IMG/VR virus record: IMGVR_UViG_3300042473_000506
Source of the DNA: a virus
Lineage: Duplodnaviria > Heunggongvirae > Uroviricota > Caudoviricetes
Direction: 5' to 3' (one strand)
DNA length: 64,000 bases
The position numbers were made by a program, and so were the translations under genes. Below are positions 54,280 to 64,000 of this stretch, piece after piece (position 1 is the stretch's first letter; each line of letters starts with the position of its first letter). The notes under the pieces are model-generated. The model had not been told where the DNA came from, made no database searches, and saw only the letters and a program-made list of their open reading frames with translations.

Positions 54280-55005
54280 TTACTGAGTGAGCATTTGCTT
54301 TAAGCCCTGCATGCCTTTAGTGTAGTATTCTTCTACTTTTCCTAACCACATGTCTTCGTACTTGTTAAAGTTGTCTTTGTTTAGATCAAACTGCTGATAC
54401 TGTAAATCGCGGCTGCACATAAAAATAACACCCCTACGAATGTTAGTTCCGTAGACTTCATTATGTGCTAATATATAGGCAACTAACTGTACATAATAGT
54501 CCTCGACCCACTCTGCTTTTTTAGGCTTGTTAGTCTGCTTATGATCGCATACTGCTGGCTCATCCTCGAATACTCCAACTAGGTCAGTAGTACCACTGTA
54601 TAGTCCCGGGAAATACAGGCTCTGTTCCATGGCCCATACTTCGTTCATTTTACTCAGTCCGTTTTCAATGATGATATCAGCCATTTTATTAGCCTGCACA
54701 TGCACTGGGTTATTACCGGGCTGTCGCTGTTCACCAATTAGGAATCGTTCTAAATTGGCGTGCATGGCTGTACCTACGCCTGCTGCCTCTGTGGTGATCT
54801 GTTGCGCTTTCTCAGCACCTACTCGTTTACGCCATTCAATCAAGTGCGTCTGATCTTTGGTGGCACTGAGGATAGTAGTTACGCTGGGTAGCTTTTCACC
54901 GTCAGGTGTTTGATAAACTCGTTTCCGTGTTACGGGATCATTTATCTGCTGACAATTTTTGTATTGGAATCGTTCAATGAACGGGGGAGGAGTATAAACT
55001 TGCAT
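54280..55005 (-). CDS. PD-(D/E)XK exonuclease
   Basis: LPSVTTIL, GT.MH..LE, YSGTTD....DHKQ. Confidence 0.85.
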   Translation of the reverse strand: MQVYTPPPFIERFQYKNCQQINDPVTRKRVYQTPDGEKLPSVTTILSATKDQTHLIEWRKRVGAEKAQQITTEAAGVGTAMHANLERFLIGEQRQPGNNPVHVQANKMADIIIENGLSKMNEVWAMEQSLYFPGLYSGTTDLVGVFEDEPAVCDHKQTNKPKKAEWVEDYYVQLVAYILAHNEVYGTNIRRGVIFMCSRDLQYQQFDLNKDNFNKYEDMWLGKVEEYYTKGMQGLKQMLTQ

Positions 55006-55037
55006 TACTATAATTATAGCATCGCAAGTTTATAAGG

Positions 55038-55376
55038 TCAAATATTTGGCGATAATTGTTTGGCGTTGCTAGATGCCATTGCATCTACTGCCGGGGAACC
55101 TGTGGGTTCTTGTGGTTGATTTGGATTTGCTTCGCCTGTATTAAGGATAACATTTCCTTGATCATCAATGTCTTGAATAACATCTCCTGCTGGATCTACT
55201 TCATTTTTAAGAGCAATTAACCCGTCTGGAGTACTAATTCCCAAACCAAATGGTCTAATTAGTTTTATGACAACAGCAAAAGGCAAAGTTGAACTTTGCC
55301 CTGCTCTATTTGCCTGTCCTTGAAGAACTGCTAAGACATCCCTAGCACTTCCTAAGTCTACTTCAAATAATCTCAT
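55038..55376 (-). CDS. Hypothetical late protein
   Basis: MRLFE N-terminus. Confidence 0.7.
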   Translation of the reverse strand: MRLFEVDLGSARDVLAVLQGQANRAGQSSTLPFAVVIKLIRPFGLGISTPDGLIALKNEVDPAGDVIQDIDDQGNVILNTGEANPNQPQEPTGSPAVDAMASSNAKQLSPNI

Positions 55377-56686
55377 TTTGCCAATTTAGACATAATGCTG
55401 TGAGACTCGGCCAACTTGCGGGCAAAACGGCTTTCACGCATTTCTCGACCTGTTGTGCCCATGCCTGCTGCTGCATCACTAGCACCAAACTCGTCACCGG
55501 CCGGTGCAGGTGCATTCATATCGTCTGGTGCCGCAATATCCATGCTTGGATCATCTGTTGGCATACCTGCGTCCATGCCTGGCTCCATTCCCATATTGCC
55601 CATGTCTGGAGTAGCTTCGCCTGCCAACACTGCAACTGCGCCGCTTACTGCTTCACGCTGTTGTGTCAATACTTCTAGTGTTGCGCTCAGTGCCGGGCCT
55701 ACGGATGCCTTGAATGCTTCTGCTTCTTGTGCTCCAAAGTCTGCCTTGATAGCATCAGCCAATTCAATCATTGTCTTTGTCTGATATTGACCAACACGTT
55801 GCATCCAACTTGTAAAGTCATTGACCATGTCGCCTGCGGCTGTGATAGCCTTGGCCTTGCCTTCTTCGTCTTCTTGCAATAAGAACTGTAGGCTCTCATT
55901 TACAAAGTGAACGTTGTGGTTAAATTGGCTTTCTTTCATAGCCTTCTTAGCTTTCTTATCGCTGTCTGGTGCTTTAGGAGCATCCTTACCACCGTAGTTC
56001 TTGCCTGCTGTGTGCTTTAGACCTGTAGCAGTTTTAGTAATCTCGCCACCTGTGCTTGACTTCTTCTTCTCGCCTGCTTTCATACTGGCTGTACCAGCGG
56101 CTGCTTTCTTAGCATCGTCAACAGTTGGGAAACCTTCTTTGACTTTTTTGTCTTTAACGGCTTTCTTCATCGGTTCTTTTTTATTACCGTCTTTGTCCAT
56201 GTCGAGGAAGTCTGGCTTAGATCCTTTACCTTCTTCAAATGGCTTGCCTGACTTGGCAGCAGCTTTAGCACGACTACCCCAGACTTCGTCCTTAGGGCTT
56301 TCTTTCTTGCCATCGCCGTCGTAGTCTTTAGCAGAGGTACCCTGTGAGTGAATCTTGTACTTAGGTGCTTTGACGCCCTTTTTAGCTTCACTTAGCTCTG
56401 TCATTTTGTCACGTAGTTTTTTGATGTCTTCACCTAGCATTTCTTTAATCCTTGTGTTGAGCAAGTCCAACATGGCCTTGTCTTTTTGGTATGTTTCGTT
56501 AGTTAGCAGATCGTTAATACCTGCACGTCCTTCTTGTTGGAACACCCTTGTGCGTAGTTTGTTACGCATATCTTCTAGCTGCTCTCTGTCATATTTGTCA
56601 AGATGAACGTTAAGGCCAAACATTTTATTCATGTTTTCCTTTAGTTTAAAACTAGTAATTGTAGCTGAAAAATCTGTTGTCTTCAT
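55373..56686 (-). CDS. Prohead-core/scaffold-like charged protein
   Basis: Lys/Glu-rich, DxDxDG motifs, coiled coils. Confidence 0.55.
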   Translation of the reverse strand: MKTTDFSATITSFKLKENMNKMFGLNVHLDKYDREQLEDMRNKLRTRVFQQEGRAGINDLLTNETYQKDKAMLDLLNTRIKEMLGEDIKKLRDKMTELSEAKKGVKAPKYKIHSQGTSAKDYDGDGKKESPKDEVWGSRAKAAAKSGKPFEEGKGSKPDFLDMDKDGNKKEPMKKAVKDKKVKEGFPTVDDAKKAAAGTASMKAGEKKKSSTGGEITKTATGLKHTAGKNYGGKDAPKAPDSDKKAKKAMKESQFNHNVHFVNESLQFLLQEDEEGKAKAITAAGDMVNDFTSWMQRVGQYQTKTMIELADAIKADFGAQEAEAFKASVGPALSATLEVLTQQREAVSGAVAVLAGEATPDMGNMGMEPGMDAGMPTDDPSMDIAAPDDMNAPAPAGDEFGASDAAAGMGTTGREMRESRFARKLAESHSIMSKLAK

Positions 56687-56716
56687 AGTGGTTCCGAAAG
56701 AATTGGTTAAATTTAT

Positions 56717-57187
56717 TTATCTAAACCGCATTAGTTTCTCGAAGACTTTCTTAACTTCAAACATGTGCTGATTCTTTTTGTGTCTTGCAATAATTGACTT
56801 TGTGTACATCATTTCGGCTTTGTCTAGGTCTTTTTTACCTAGGCTGCGCTCAGCTAAATGAGTATGCAATTCTTCATCGAAATGTGCATGGCCATATTTT
56901 GTATCTGCCTGCATTATATTGTCATCTATATACTTGCCCAGTGCTAACCTGTTGGCCTGTATTGCTGCGGTTTGCGGTAAGTTTATACGATTAAGTATAA
57001 CTTCATTTTTAAAATCCAGTATGGAGTAAAATCCAGACCCTTCTTTTTTGATGCTGTACGAACCTATTTGAATAGATCCATCACGTTTCTTTACAGGAAC
57101 AACAATGCCCTGACGTTTAAGTGTTTCCTTAACATCAGTGCTGATTTGTTGAATCTTTAAATAAATTTCATCTGAAGTTATTTTCAT
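56717..57187 (-). CDS. Hypothetical
   Basis: ORF. Confidence 0.7.
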   Translation of the reverse strand: MKITSDEIYLKIQQISTDVKETLKRQGIVVPVKKRDGSIQIGSYSIKKEGSGFYSILDFKNEVILNRINLPQTAAIQANRLALGKYIDDNIMQADTKYGHAHFDEELHTHLAERSLGKKDLDKAEMMYTKSIIARHKKNQHMFEVKKVFEKLMRFR

Positions 57188-57377
57188 CTAATTTCTTTAT
57201 AATTGATCGGCTGTCATTACTTAGTTCATAGATGCCCTTGCGTACAAGGTTCTGAGCAATCCATTTATCTCGCTCGTCTAGTGCGTTGATAGTGGCTTCA
57301 GGGAAACGCTTTACAAATTTTTGTTCTTCATTTGTAAGTGCAATTGAAACACCGTCTAAAAGTTGTGCAATTTTCAT
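57168..57377 (-). CDS. Hypothetical
   Basis: ORF. Confidence 0.65.
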   Translation of the reverse strand: MKIAQLLDGVSIALTNEEQKFVKRFPEATINALDERDKWIAQNLVRKGIYELSNDSRSIIKKLDENNFR

Positions 57378-57378
57378 A

Positions 57379-57795
57379 TTACATTGTTCCCTGTGCAGGA
57401 GTTGTTTGGCCTGGCAGGGTAGCAGGCTTTTGTCCCATTGGCTGACCTGGCTTTTGTGCAGATAATTGTTTTAGAGCAGTTGCAAATCCTTGATTCTTCA
57501 TCATAGGATTAACTAGTTTACCTAACAGCTCTTGCTGATCAGGCCTTAATTGTTTAGGATTCTGCATGGCAACTTGCAGAGCGGATGTGGCATTGTTTAG
57601 ATCTTCCGGGTTTGTAATACCCTGTGGCATCAACAACTTGGCCATCTTTTCTTGATCGGGATTTGTGGTTGCCTTATTATCAGTATTGGTCGGTGCAGAT
57701 GATTGACTAACTTGAGGAACCTGACCAGGAGTGCCTGCAGTTGAGCCCACACTGCCAATTGGTTGAATCTGCTCTAGAAGTTCGAATATACGCAT
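57379..57795 (-). CDS. Hypothetical Q/P-rich late protein
   Basis: MRIFELLE N-terminus. Confidence 0.7.
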   Translation of the reverse strand: MRIFELLEQIQPIGSVGSTAGTPGQVPQVSQSSAPTNTDNKATTNPDQEKMAKLLMPQGITNPEDLNNATSALQVAMQNPKQLRPDQQELLGKLVNPMMKNQGFATALKQLSAQKPGQPMGQKPATLPGQTTPAQGTM

Positions 57796-57796
57796 G

Positions 57797-58102
57797 TTAT
57801 TTTATAAATTTTAAGATAGTGTCAGCATGTGCTGTTGCCCAACCTAATACTATCATTCCGCCGGCAAACGTATACATCCACCTGTCTTTTAATCTTTCCA
57901 TGGCAGATATTTTTTTAGCCAGTTCCTCGTGCTGCTGGCAACTGGCCTGATACATAGTATCAAGTTTAACTCCTAGTTCATCACGAGTTTTATCTAGACA
58001 ATCGTGCATTTCTTTTACATCGACTTTAAGATTGTCTAATTTTTCATCTAAGTTAGTGACCTTGGTCTCTACTATACCAAGTCGCTCTACTGTTGTTGCC
58101 AT
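57797..58102 (-). CDS. Coiled coil + C-terminal TM protein (holin-like)
   Basis: Heptad repeats, then W.YTFAGGMIVLGW. Confidence 0.55.
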   Translation of the reverse strand: MATTVERLGIVETKVTNLDEKLDNLKVDVKEMHDCLDKTRDELGVKLDTMYQASCQQHEELAKKISAMERLKDRWMYTFAGGMIVLGWATAHADTILKFIK

Positions 58103-58140
58103 TGAGGCTCTCCTTAATTTTTAAAACTGAAACTTACTAC

Positions 58141-58566
58141 TTAGTTATTGCCTTGGATTGCCTTGATGATGGTATTTTTAGTGGCGGCGTTTTTTAACTC
58201 AAACATGGCCGTATCCATATTTATAGTTTCTGTCAATTTTTGGATAACGGGGACTCCGTTGACATCGTCGAGTAGTGCGCCAACTTCGTTGTTTCCTTCT
58301 ATGTAAGCCCCACTACGATCTGGATAGAATCGGAATGTCCATACCCTGTGTTTGCCCTTGTATTGTGATCCAAATCCTAGATCCTTGATGTCGACTGTTT
58401 CCACAGTTGGACTAGCGTCATAGCTGATAATAGATCTAATCTCAACACATTGTCTCAGTGTTGTAAAGTTTCGATATTGATCGTGTGCTAGAACAGATCC
58501 TTGATTGGGTCTAGCGACTTTAGTGTCTGTAATGTCTACAAGTGTTTGAATTTCGATGGTTTGCAT
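58141..58566 (-). CDS. Hypothetical
   Basis: ORF. Confidence 0.7.
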   Translation of the reverse strand: MQTIEIQTLVDITDTKVARPNQGSVLAHDQYRNFTTLRQCVEIRSIISYDASPTVETVDIKDLGFGSQYKGKHRVWTFRFYPDRSGAYIEGNNEVGALLDDVNGVPVIQKLTETINMDTAMFELKNAATKNTIIKAIQGNN

Positions 58567-58605
58567 AAAGTACCTATTTAATTACAGATATTTATGTCAA
58601 AGAAA

Positions 58606-58632
58606 AAGGACGCTAAAAAACGTCCTTCTCTT
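58606..58632 (-). terminator. Terminator
   Basis: aaggacg-ctaaaaaa-cgtcctt with T tract on the minus strand. Confidence 0.65.
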
Positions 58633-58647
58633 ATCTAAGTAATTAGA

Positions 58648-59052
58648 TTATAGTGCGTAAGCAACTACGGTAGCATTTGCAAGGTTAACACCCTGGTGTG
58701 TACCAGCGGCAATAACTAGGTCTTCTAGGTGAACAGCGAAAGCTTCGCTGTTTGTACCGTCATATGTGTCAGCACCGTATGCACCGCCGATTGCTGCAAC
58801 AGCAATACGTAGGCCATTACCAGCACCGCCAGTTGCATCACCTGCACCGATAATTTCGATGCTAGCAACTTGTGCAATTGCTTCTAGAGCAACAGCAACT
58901 GGGCTGCGTGGAGCATTTGGGAATCCAACTGGGTCAGAATCGAACATTGCAGATACGTCTGCGCCGAAGTCAATTTGGAAGAACTGTAGTGTTACGCCGT
59001 TCTTGTAAAAAGGTGCTACTACCTTTTCGTTTTTGTTTGTTAATGTTGCCAT
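58648..59052 (-). CDS. Probable virion structural protein
   Basis: Ala/Gly-rich, strong SD, own terminator. Confidence 0.6.
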   Translation of the reverse strand: MATLTNKNEKVVAPFYKNGVTLQFFQIDFGADVSAMFDSDPVGFPNAPRSPVAVALEAIAQVASIEIIGAGDATGGAGNGLRIAVAAIGGAYGADTYDGTNSEAFAVHLEDLVIAAGTHQGVNLANATVVAYAL

Positions 59053-59145
59053 TTTAATGGTCTCCTTAATCGTTTTTGAACTCCCCTATGGAGCTCGTTA
59101 TGTTTTTATTTAGTCTCTTTGAAAAAAATTTACTCAAATGACTGA

Positions 59146-59475
59146 TTAATCGTCATCTTTTAGGTCACCCTCGATAACTTTTAACCCTTTAGCAGTTTCT
59201 TTACTATCACGTAACTTACGTATACCCCTAGTAAATTTAGTAGGATCACCTGCTTTGATGCTGTTTAAGAGGCGCCGCTCTAACTCATACGCCTGCTCAG
59301 GTGGGAAATTTTCCTTAATGATTGCTAAAAGATTAATTGCGCTATTAATGACATGAGCAGCTCTACTTTCTACAATAGCTTCGCCGTCTTTCTTAAGCGT
59401 AATTGAATTTAGTTCTTCTAATAGGCTTTTTGTGGCTCTTTTCAAGTTAGTATCCTTTGCAATATTTAGTTTCAA
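59146..59475 (-). CDS. Conserved phage hypothetical
   Basis: IVESRA.HVINSAINL, RRLLNSIK. Confidence 0.7.
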   Translation of the reverse strand: MKLNIAKDTNLKRATKSLLEELNSITLKKDGEAIVESRAAHVINSAINLLAIIKENFPPEQAYELERRLLNSIKAGDPTKFTRGIRKLRDSKETAKGLKVIEGDLKDDD

Positions 59476-59595
59476 ATAAAGTATAATAGATATTTTGGTA
59501 AAATACTATCTTGTTTTAACTCAGTAGAAACACTAATATATAAATACAGAGTCAGTAGAAACCATGAGTCTACCCACACTTACAGAGGAAAAAAT

Positions 59596-59772
59596 ATGAA
59601 AATTATATCAGAATTTATGCTAGGACTAATGGAACGTTTAAGTGAGATGTTTCCGGGATCTAGTTATCAAAGCCGCTTAGACGCATATCTAAGCACCAAA
59701 GGCATTACCGATGCCGCACAGTTGGAAACTTACGTCCGACAATTTAATTCTCAAAAGGAAAACTATCTATGA
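59596..59772 (+). CDS. Small protein (DUF3563-like)
   Basis: SD GAGG; RLDAYLS...DAAQLE..VRQF. Confidence 0.6.
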   Translation: MKIISEFMLGLMERLSEMFPGSSYQSRLDAYLSTKGITDAAQLETYVRQFNSQKENYL

Positions 59773-59891
59773 AAAAATTACTAAACATTCTATACGAAAT
59801 TGGCCTAAGCATTGGTCAAGCTCGTGCTGCTTCTGCTATGGTTCGTGCAGGCATGCACAAAGAAGCACAGACATTACTGGCTGGCAAGTAA
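59769..59891 (+). CDS. 40-aa protein
   Basis: ATGA coupling. Confidence 0.55.
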   Translation: MKKLLNILYEIGLSIGQARAASAMVRAGMHKEAQTLLAGK

Positions 59892-59997
59892 TATCGTATT
59901 TTGTCAGATCGCTTTACACAGCGTAACAAGATCTATATAATAAATACTTAGGCAGTAATGATACTGCTTATACAAACATACACACAAGGAGAAAAAT

Positions 59998-60252
59998 ATG
60001 TTTTCAGCATTTGCACCATACTTTACGCTCGAGGCACAGATCGATGCGTTTCAAACTACCAAGCGTGGTTTAACAGATAAGATCATCACTGATCCTACAT
60101 TGAACAAAGCGGCACACCAATACATCGATGCTCAGACTACATTTGCCAAGATGTTGTCTAAGAACTTCGCTGATCTTGCCAAGTATTCCGTGGATTCTTT
60201 TGCCAACAAGGCATTTCCACAGACTAAAGAAAAAGCCACTACTAAGGCTTAA
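59998..60252 (+). CDS. Phasin-like helical protein (weak)
   Basis: SD AAGGAG; amphipathic helices. Confidence 0.5.
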   Translation: MFSAFAPYFTLEAQIDAFQTTKRGLTDKIITDPTLNKAAHQYIDAQTTFAKMLSKNFADLAKYSVDSFANKAFPQTKEKATTKA

Positions 60253-60274
60253 TACACACATACAGGAAAAAAAT

Positions 60275-60544
60275 ATGACAGACTTTAATACACCAAAGCT
60301 ACCAGAAGTTAAATTTAATAAGAACGGCTACGAAATCCGTACAGACATTCTAGGCATGGCAAAAAGCCTAGTACAAGAAGATTTCCATGCTAAATTTCAA
60401 GGCTGGGAAATGACTGCTACTCGTGACGAGAAGACTGGTCAGATCGTCAGTACTGTTGCAATGCCGACTTTTCCAGGACTAGACAAAGTTCTTGAAACAG
60501 CAGAAAAAATGTACGCATTTGTCAACGCTGGCGCCAAGAAATAA
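60275..60544 (+). CDS. Hypothetical
   Basis: SD AGGA; KNGYEIRTDIL.MAK. Confidence 0.65.
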   Translation: MTDFNTPKLPEVKFNKNGYEIRTDILGMAKSLVQEDFHAKFQGWEMTATRDEKTGQIVSTVAMPTFPGLDKVLETAEKMYAFVNAGAKK

Positions 60545-60592
60545 TTTATAATAATATTAGGGCATAGCCCATAAAATAATATACTAGAAAAT

Positions 60593-60619
60593 AAAAAAGG
60601 ACCTTCGGGTCCTTTTTTT
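60593..60619. terminator. Bidirectional terminator
   Basis: aaaaaaggacc-ttcg-ggtcctttttt. Confidence 0.9.
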
Positions 60620-61022
60620 ATAGTGGCTTGCTTCTTAGATAGTTAGGATATCGTTTATTGAAGTTACGCATAATAACTCCTGCTATCTCATGTGCTTGAT
60701 TTTCATGCGGACTACCTGTTTCACCACTAGTATCCGTTAGCTCACCTTGCTGATCTTGTTTGTAATGAACCAGCTCGTGTGCCACTGTTCTCAGTATGTC
60801 AACAGGGTGACGGTTCTTTAAGGCAACTAACAGCATATTCTCACTCGGCACGTATGCACCAAAGCTGGGCTGCTCGCCTGTATTTAGATCCGGGGCAAAC
60901 TGCATCTTAGGCAACTGATCTATTTCAAGGATCTCCATAGCTAGAGGTAGAAACTTTTGAAACATTTCCACAACGTTGGCATTTTCCTCTGCGCCTTCAA
61001 CAATAAACTGACGTGCTCTCAT
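60618..61022 (-). CDS. Zincin-like metallopeptidase
   Basis: RTVAHELVH...E.EA. Confidence 0.7.
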   Translation of the reverse strand: MRARQFIVEGAEENANVVEMFQKFLPLAMEILEIDQLPKMQFAPDLNTGEQPSFGAYVPSENMLLVALKNRHPVDILRTVAHELVHYKQDQQGELTDTSGETGSPHENQAHEIAGVIMRNFNKRYPNYLRSKPL

Positions 61023-61030
61023 AGCAGTAT

Positions 61031-64000
61031 TTAGCGCCGAACAAAATGATAATCACCGTCGGGTCCGTTGTTGCTAAAGATACCCAAACAGTCGAACCCT
61101 TGTGTGTCCATATATGCTATTACATCATCTTTTAACGGGGCACCTTTATTGTATTCTACAACCTGTAGTTCTAGAATAACATGTTTCACTGTGGATAATG
61201 TTTCTACAGCACCCTTTAGCACATCTAACTCTGCACCTTGTACATCCATTTTAATCATATCTGGGGGAGGAAAGTTTTTAAGGCGGCGTACAGCATCTAG
61301 GGTCACTGTCTTTAGCCTACGACGATGTGTTTCGTTAAAGTAGTTGACTGTTTCGGGATTTACTTCTTCGTTTTCTTTGTAATAACTGTTGCCACCCGGA
61401 TGTACATCATTTTGATAGAAGTCAACTTCTTTGCCACTCTGGTCACTTAGCACACCCATATGATATTGCAAATTACGTTCTTTATATAGGAACTCGCTAC
61501 TGTCCATTGCTTCAAATACAACATACTTTGCTCGATCCCAAATACGTTGTGCTTCGTTAGTCCAGTGCAGAACACATGCACCGATATCGTATATAACCTT
61601 TGGTTCAAACCCTTCATTCTTGAGTTTGGCAAGATAATCTACATGGTTACGAGGAATCAGTCGTTGACTTCCTAACTCCCGTAAACGATCCTGTATGTTA
61701 AACGGTGTTACATCTGGGGCAGCAGTAATGGCATTATCTACATTAAAAGTAAAGCTGCCAGTATGGCTGCATAACACACTGGGATCTGCCCAAATTTTAA
61801 ATCCTTTGTCCCGGGCCTTGCGACAGAAATCTACATCTTCTGAAACAGTGTTCCTATGATCGATAGCACTATAATACTTAAATTGTGGATAACCTATTTC
61901 ACACATAACTTCTGCTTTGACTAGAGCACAACCAAATCCACAGCCGGCAATTTCAACTAAAGGTCTACCCTTTAGCTTTTCATACGGCATATTGCTTACT
62001 CCGCCATTCTGATTGTGTTCATATATTTCTAAAATATGTAATCCAGGTTTACGTTGTATGTATAAACCGCTGACAACATCCTTATCGTGCGATAGCAACT
62101 TTGACAGTGTGTTAGGAGGGAAGCTAATATCACTATCTACACTGAATAGATAATCAAATCCTTTTACTACCCAGTCGGCAATCAAGTTGCGTACCTGATC
62201 AATATTGTATCCGTAAAAATATTGGAACGTTGCTTCGTAGCCCTCGGGGATGATTAAGTCATAGATACTTTTAAAAGTTTCCGGTTCAATATTACGAGCT
62301 GTTGGAATTGCTATGAGAATCTTTTTTTTAGATGGATTCATTTTTTTAATAATAGATTTAGCTGCTACGTTTTGTTCAATAGCATTTACTTTGTAATCGT
62401 TGAGTGGATTAACATCATTGTAATTATATACAATATCTTGTAGACATTTAACTTTACTAGGATCAGCATTTTCGATTAGTGCATAGAAAATACTGCCGTC
62501 ACCGCCTGCCTTATACCATGCACCTGTGTCATCTTGGAATAGGCTATCGTCTAGACCGTCAATTAACTGTTGTTTAAATGTGCGTAGGTGTGTGTAAGGT
62601 AAGATCCAATTAAAGTGATGATTCCTGTATTCTTTGCTGTTCTTTACGTGCTCGGGATAAGGCTGACTAATCAATGGAATATTATCAACCATTGACCAGC
62701 AACTACCGTAGGTAAATTCTGTTGTGCCGTCATACACATTGTTATAGTAGCTGAACACAGTGTTGTCATTAACTAGACTGTCGTCACCGTCGAGTATCAT
62801 TACAATAGCATTGGGATCTTGTAGACTTCTAAATGTATCTATTTGATTTTTTACTGCGCCTACGTTATTTTGATTTTCAATAACTTCAAACTTGGCTCGA
62901 ATGTGTGCAGGATAGGCTGACAGTGCAGTGTACAATGCTTCCAGTGTATTATCAGTACTTGCATCGTCTACCAAAATACATCGATAGTTGTCGTAGTCTT
63001 GTGTAGCAATACTGTTGATGCAACGTGCAATATAATTTTTGCAATTGTAGAATGTGCTAACAACCACAATAGGTTGCTCTGTTCCCGGCTTGTAATCTTC
63101 TAATTCAACTGTATTATGAAACTTGCGATTGTAAATCTTGTGCAGTCTGTGGTTGATTTTGCTAACAGCACGATAGTCACTGCTGCTTAGATAATGTCCT
63201 GTCTTTTTATAAAAATGCTGCTTCCATTGCAGTGCTACACTGTCCCAACCCGCAATGTCTTTAACAATGTTGCAATAGTATTGTTTCTGTTGATGTAGAT
63301 ACGGATTACGATATGCTTCTACCGTGGTCTTGACAAACTGTTCAACCTGTGTTGGTACACTGATATCCGGAAACAGTCCATTGGGTTCAATAGCATAGTC
63401 AATTAAGTAACAAGCACCTGCCACTGCAATTTCTTCTAATGCACCAAAGCGGCAAGTTATGATAGGAGTGTTGTAGCATAAACTCTCCATTGATGAAATG
63501 CCGTAGGTTTCCGGAAACGCTGCCGGATACAGCATGAAGTTAGCAGTAGTTAGTATATCGGCAATTTCTTTCTGCGGTATAACACCTGTAAATTCTATAC
63601 CTTGTGCTGCTAGCTGCGGATCAGCAGCCATCTCGCGCCAATCTTTTTCTTGTTGATCAGGTTCTGCATTTGTGCTAAATCTATAGTAGCCGCCTATGAC
63701 TTTTAGTTTAGCTTCAGGTATATGTCGCTTGACATGTGGCCAGATCATTTTAACCAGCGGAATCATTCCTTTGGTCACTGATGCATTATAAACAAACAAA
63801 TTCTTATCTTTGGCTTTGATATCCACTTCGCGATTATAGATGCGTACACCGTTACGTGTGATGAACATCTTACGCTTTAGTACTTCGAAGTTTCGTCTGC
63901 GGCCATGATGACAGTTAGTAACATAGGTTAGGTGGAAATCGCTTAGTGTAAAGATGTCTGTAATTCTATCTGCAACAGCAAGCTCTTCGATCAAGTTATC
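61031..64000 (-). CDS. Multi-domain glycosyltransferase (GT4 + GT2 + GT-A + FkbM methyltransferase), 5' end outside the window
   Basis: ETYGISSMES; DDAST.N, LDGDD; SEDVDFC; YDIGA, IKMDVQGAE. Confidence 0.85.
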   Translation of the reverse strand, partial: DNLIEELAVADRITDIFTLSDFHLTYVTNCHHGRRRNFEVLKRKMFITRNGVRIYNREVDIKAKDKNLFVYNASVTKGMIPLVKMIWPHVKRHIPEAKLKVIGGYYRFSTNAEPDQQEKDWREMAADPQLAAQGIEFTGVIPQKEIADILTTANFMLYPAAFPETYGISSMESLCYNTPIITCRFGALEEIAVAGACYLIDYAIEPNGLFPDISVPTQVEQFVKTTVEAYRNPYLHQQKQYYCNIVKDIAGWDSVALQWKQHFYKKTGHYLSSSDYRAVSKINHRLHKIYNRKFHNTVELEDYKPGTEQPIVVVSTFYNCKNYIARCINSIATQDYDNYRCILVDDASTDNTLEALYTALSAYPAHIRAKFEVIENQNNVGAVKNQIDTFRSLQDPNAIVMILDGDDSLVNDNTVFSYYNNVYDGTTEFTYGSCWSMVDNIPLISQPYPEHVKNSKEYRNHHFNWILPYTHLRTFKQQLIDGLDDSLFQDDTGAWYKAGGDGSIFYALIENADPSKVKCLQDIVYNYNDVNPLNDYKVNAIEQNVAAKSIIKKMNPSKKKILIAIPTARNIEPETFKSIYDLIIPEGYEATFQYFYGYNIDQVRNLIADWVVKGFDYLFSVDSDISFPPNTLSKLLSHDKDVVSGLYIQRKPGLHILEIYEHNQNGGVSNMPYEKLKGRPLVEIAGCGFGCALVKAEVMCEIGYPQFKYYSAIDHRNTVSEDVDFCRKARDKGFKIWADPSVLCSHTGSFTFNVDNAITAAPDVTPFNIQDRLRELGSQRLIPRNHVDYLAKLKNEGFEPKVIYDIGACVLHWTNEAQRIWDRAKYVVFEAMDSSEFLYKERNLQYHMGVLSDQSGKEVDFYQNDVHPGGNSYYKENEEVNPETVNYFNETHRRRLKTVTLDAVRRLKNFPPPDMIKMDVQGAELDVLKGAVETLSTVKHVILELQVVEYNKGAPLKDDVIAYMDTQGFDCLGIFSNNGPDGDYHFVRR

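Noticed and set aside
1-64000. Stop-codon reassignment
   Set aside because: Known genes are full length in code 11, TAA/TAG/TGA all end genes, and no suppressor anticodon was found.

Overview
A 64-kb segment of a large T4-like (myovirus-type) lytic phage genome, almost entirely minus-strand and read in the standard genetic code. The evidence is a tRNA array, nrdAB, bS21, recurrent TAAATA late-promoter-like motifs, perfect sigma70 promoters and many auxiliary metabolic genes. From left to right: (1) 1-4.8 kb, a tRNA/ncRNA array running off the left edge, with 23 canonical tRNAs, several atypical tRNA-like RNAs, other structured ncRNAs and a free-standing PD-(D/E)XK endonuclease; (2) oxygenase/radical-SAM/glycosyltransferase genes; (3) a curli-like secretion plus FecR plus CHASE2-cyclase module; (4) hemO/pcyX/hemA, clpS, hsp20; (5) a DUF2828/vWA gene with three structured RNAs in its leader; (6) NAD salvage, AhpC/D, a DGQHR-like/HNH pair, bS21, clpX, pstS, a permuted two-piece tmRNA, cspA, grx, iscA/U, nrdAB; (7) late/virion genes and a large glycosyltransferase fusion cut by the right edge. 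The most striking candidate novelties are RNA-level. (a) A 48-aa leader peptide containing all 20 amino acids is wired to an antiterminator/terminator ahead of the tRNA array, a candidate general tRNA-shortage attenuator. (b) A Lys/Arg mini-ORF is coupled to a folding switch over tRNA-Lys. (c) A dispersed 7-8-member RNA family (7-bp stem + 3 nt + CAGCAA) occupies tRNA slots and also abuts the RBS of the DUF2828/vWA gene, a candidate Ro60/Y-RNA-like ribonucleoprotein system. All family assignments come from motif recognition by eye; no searches or folding programs were run.
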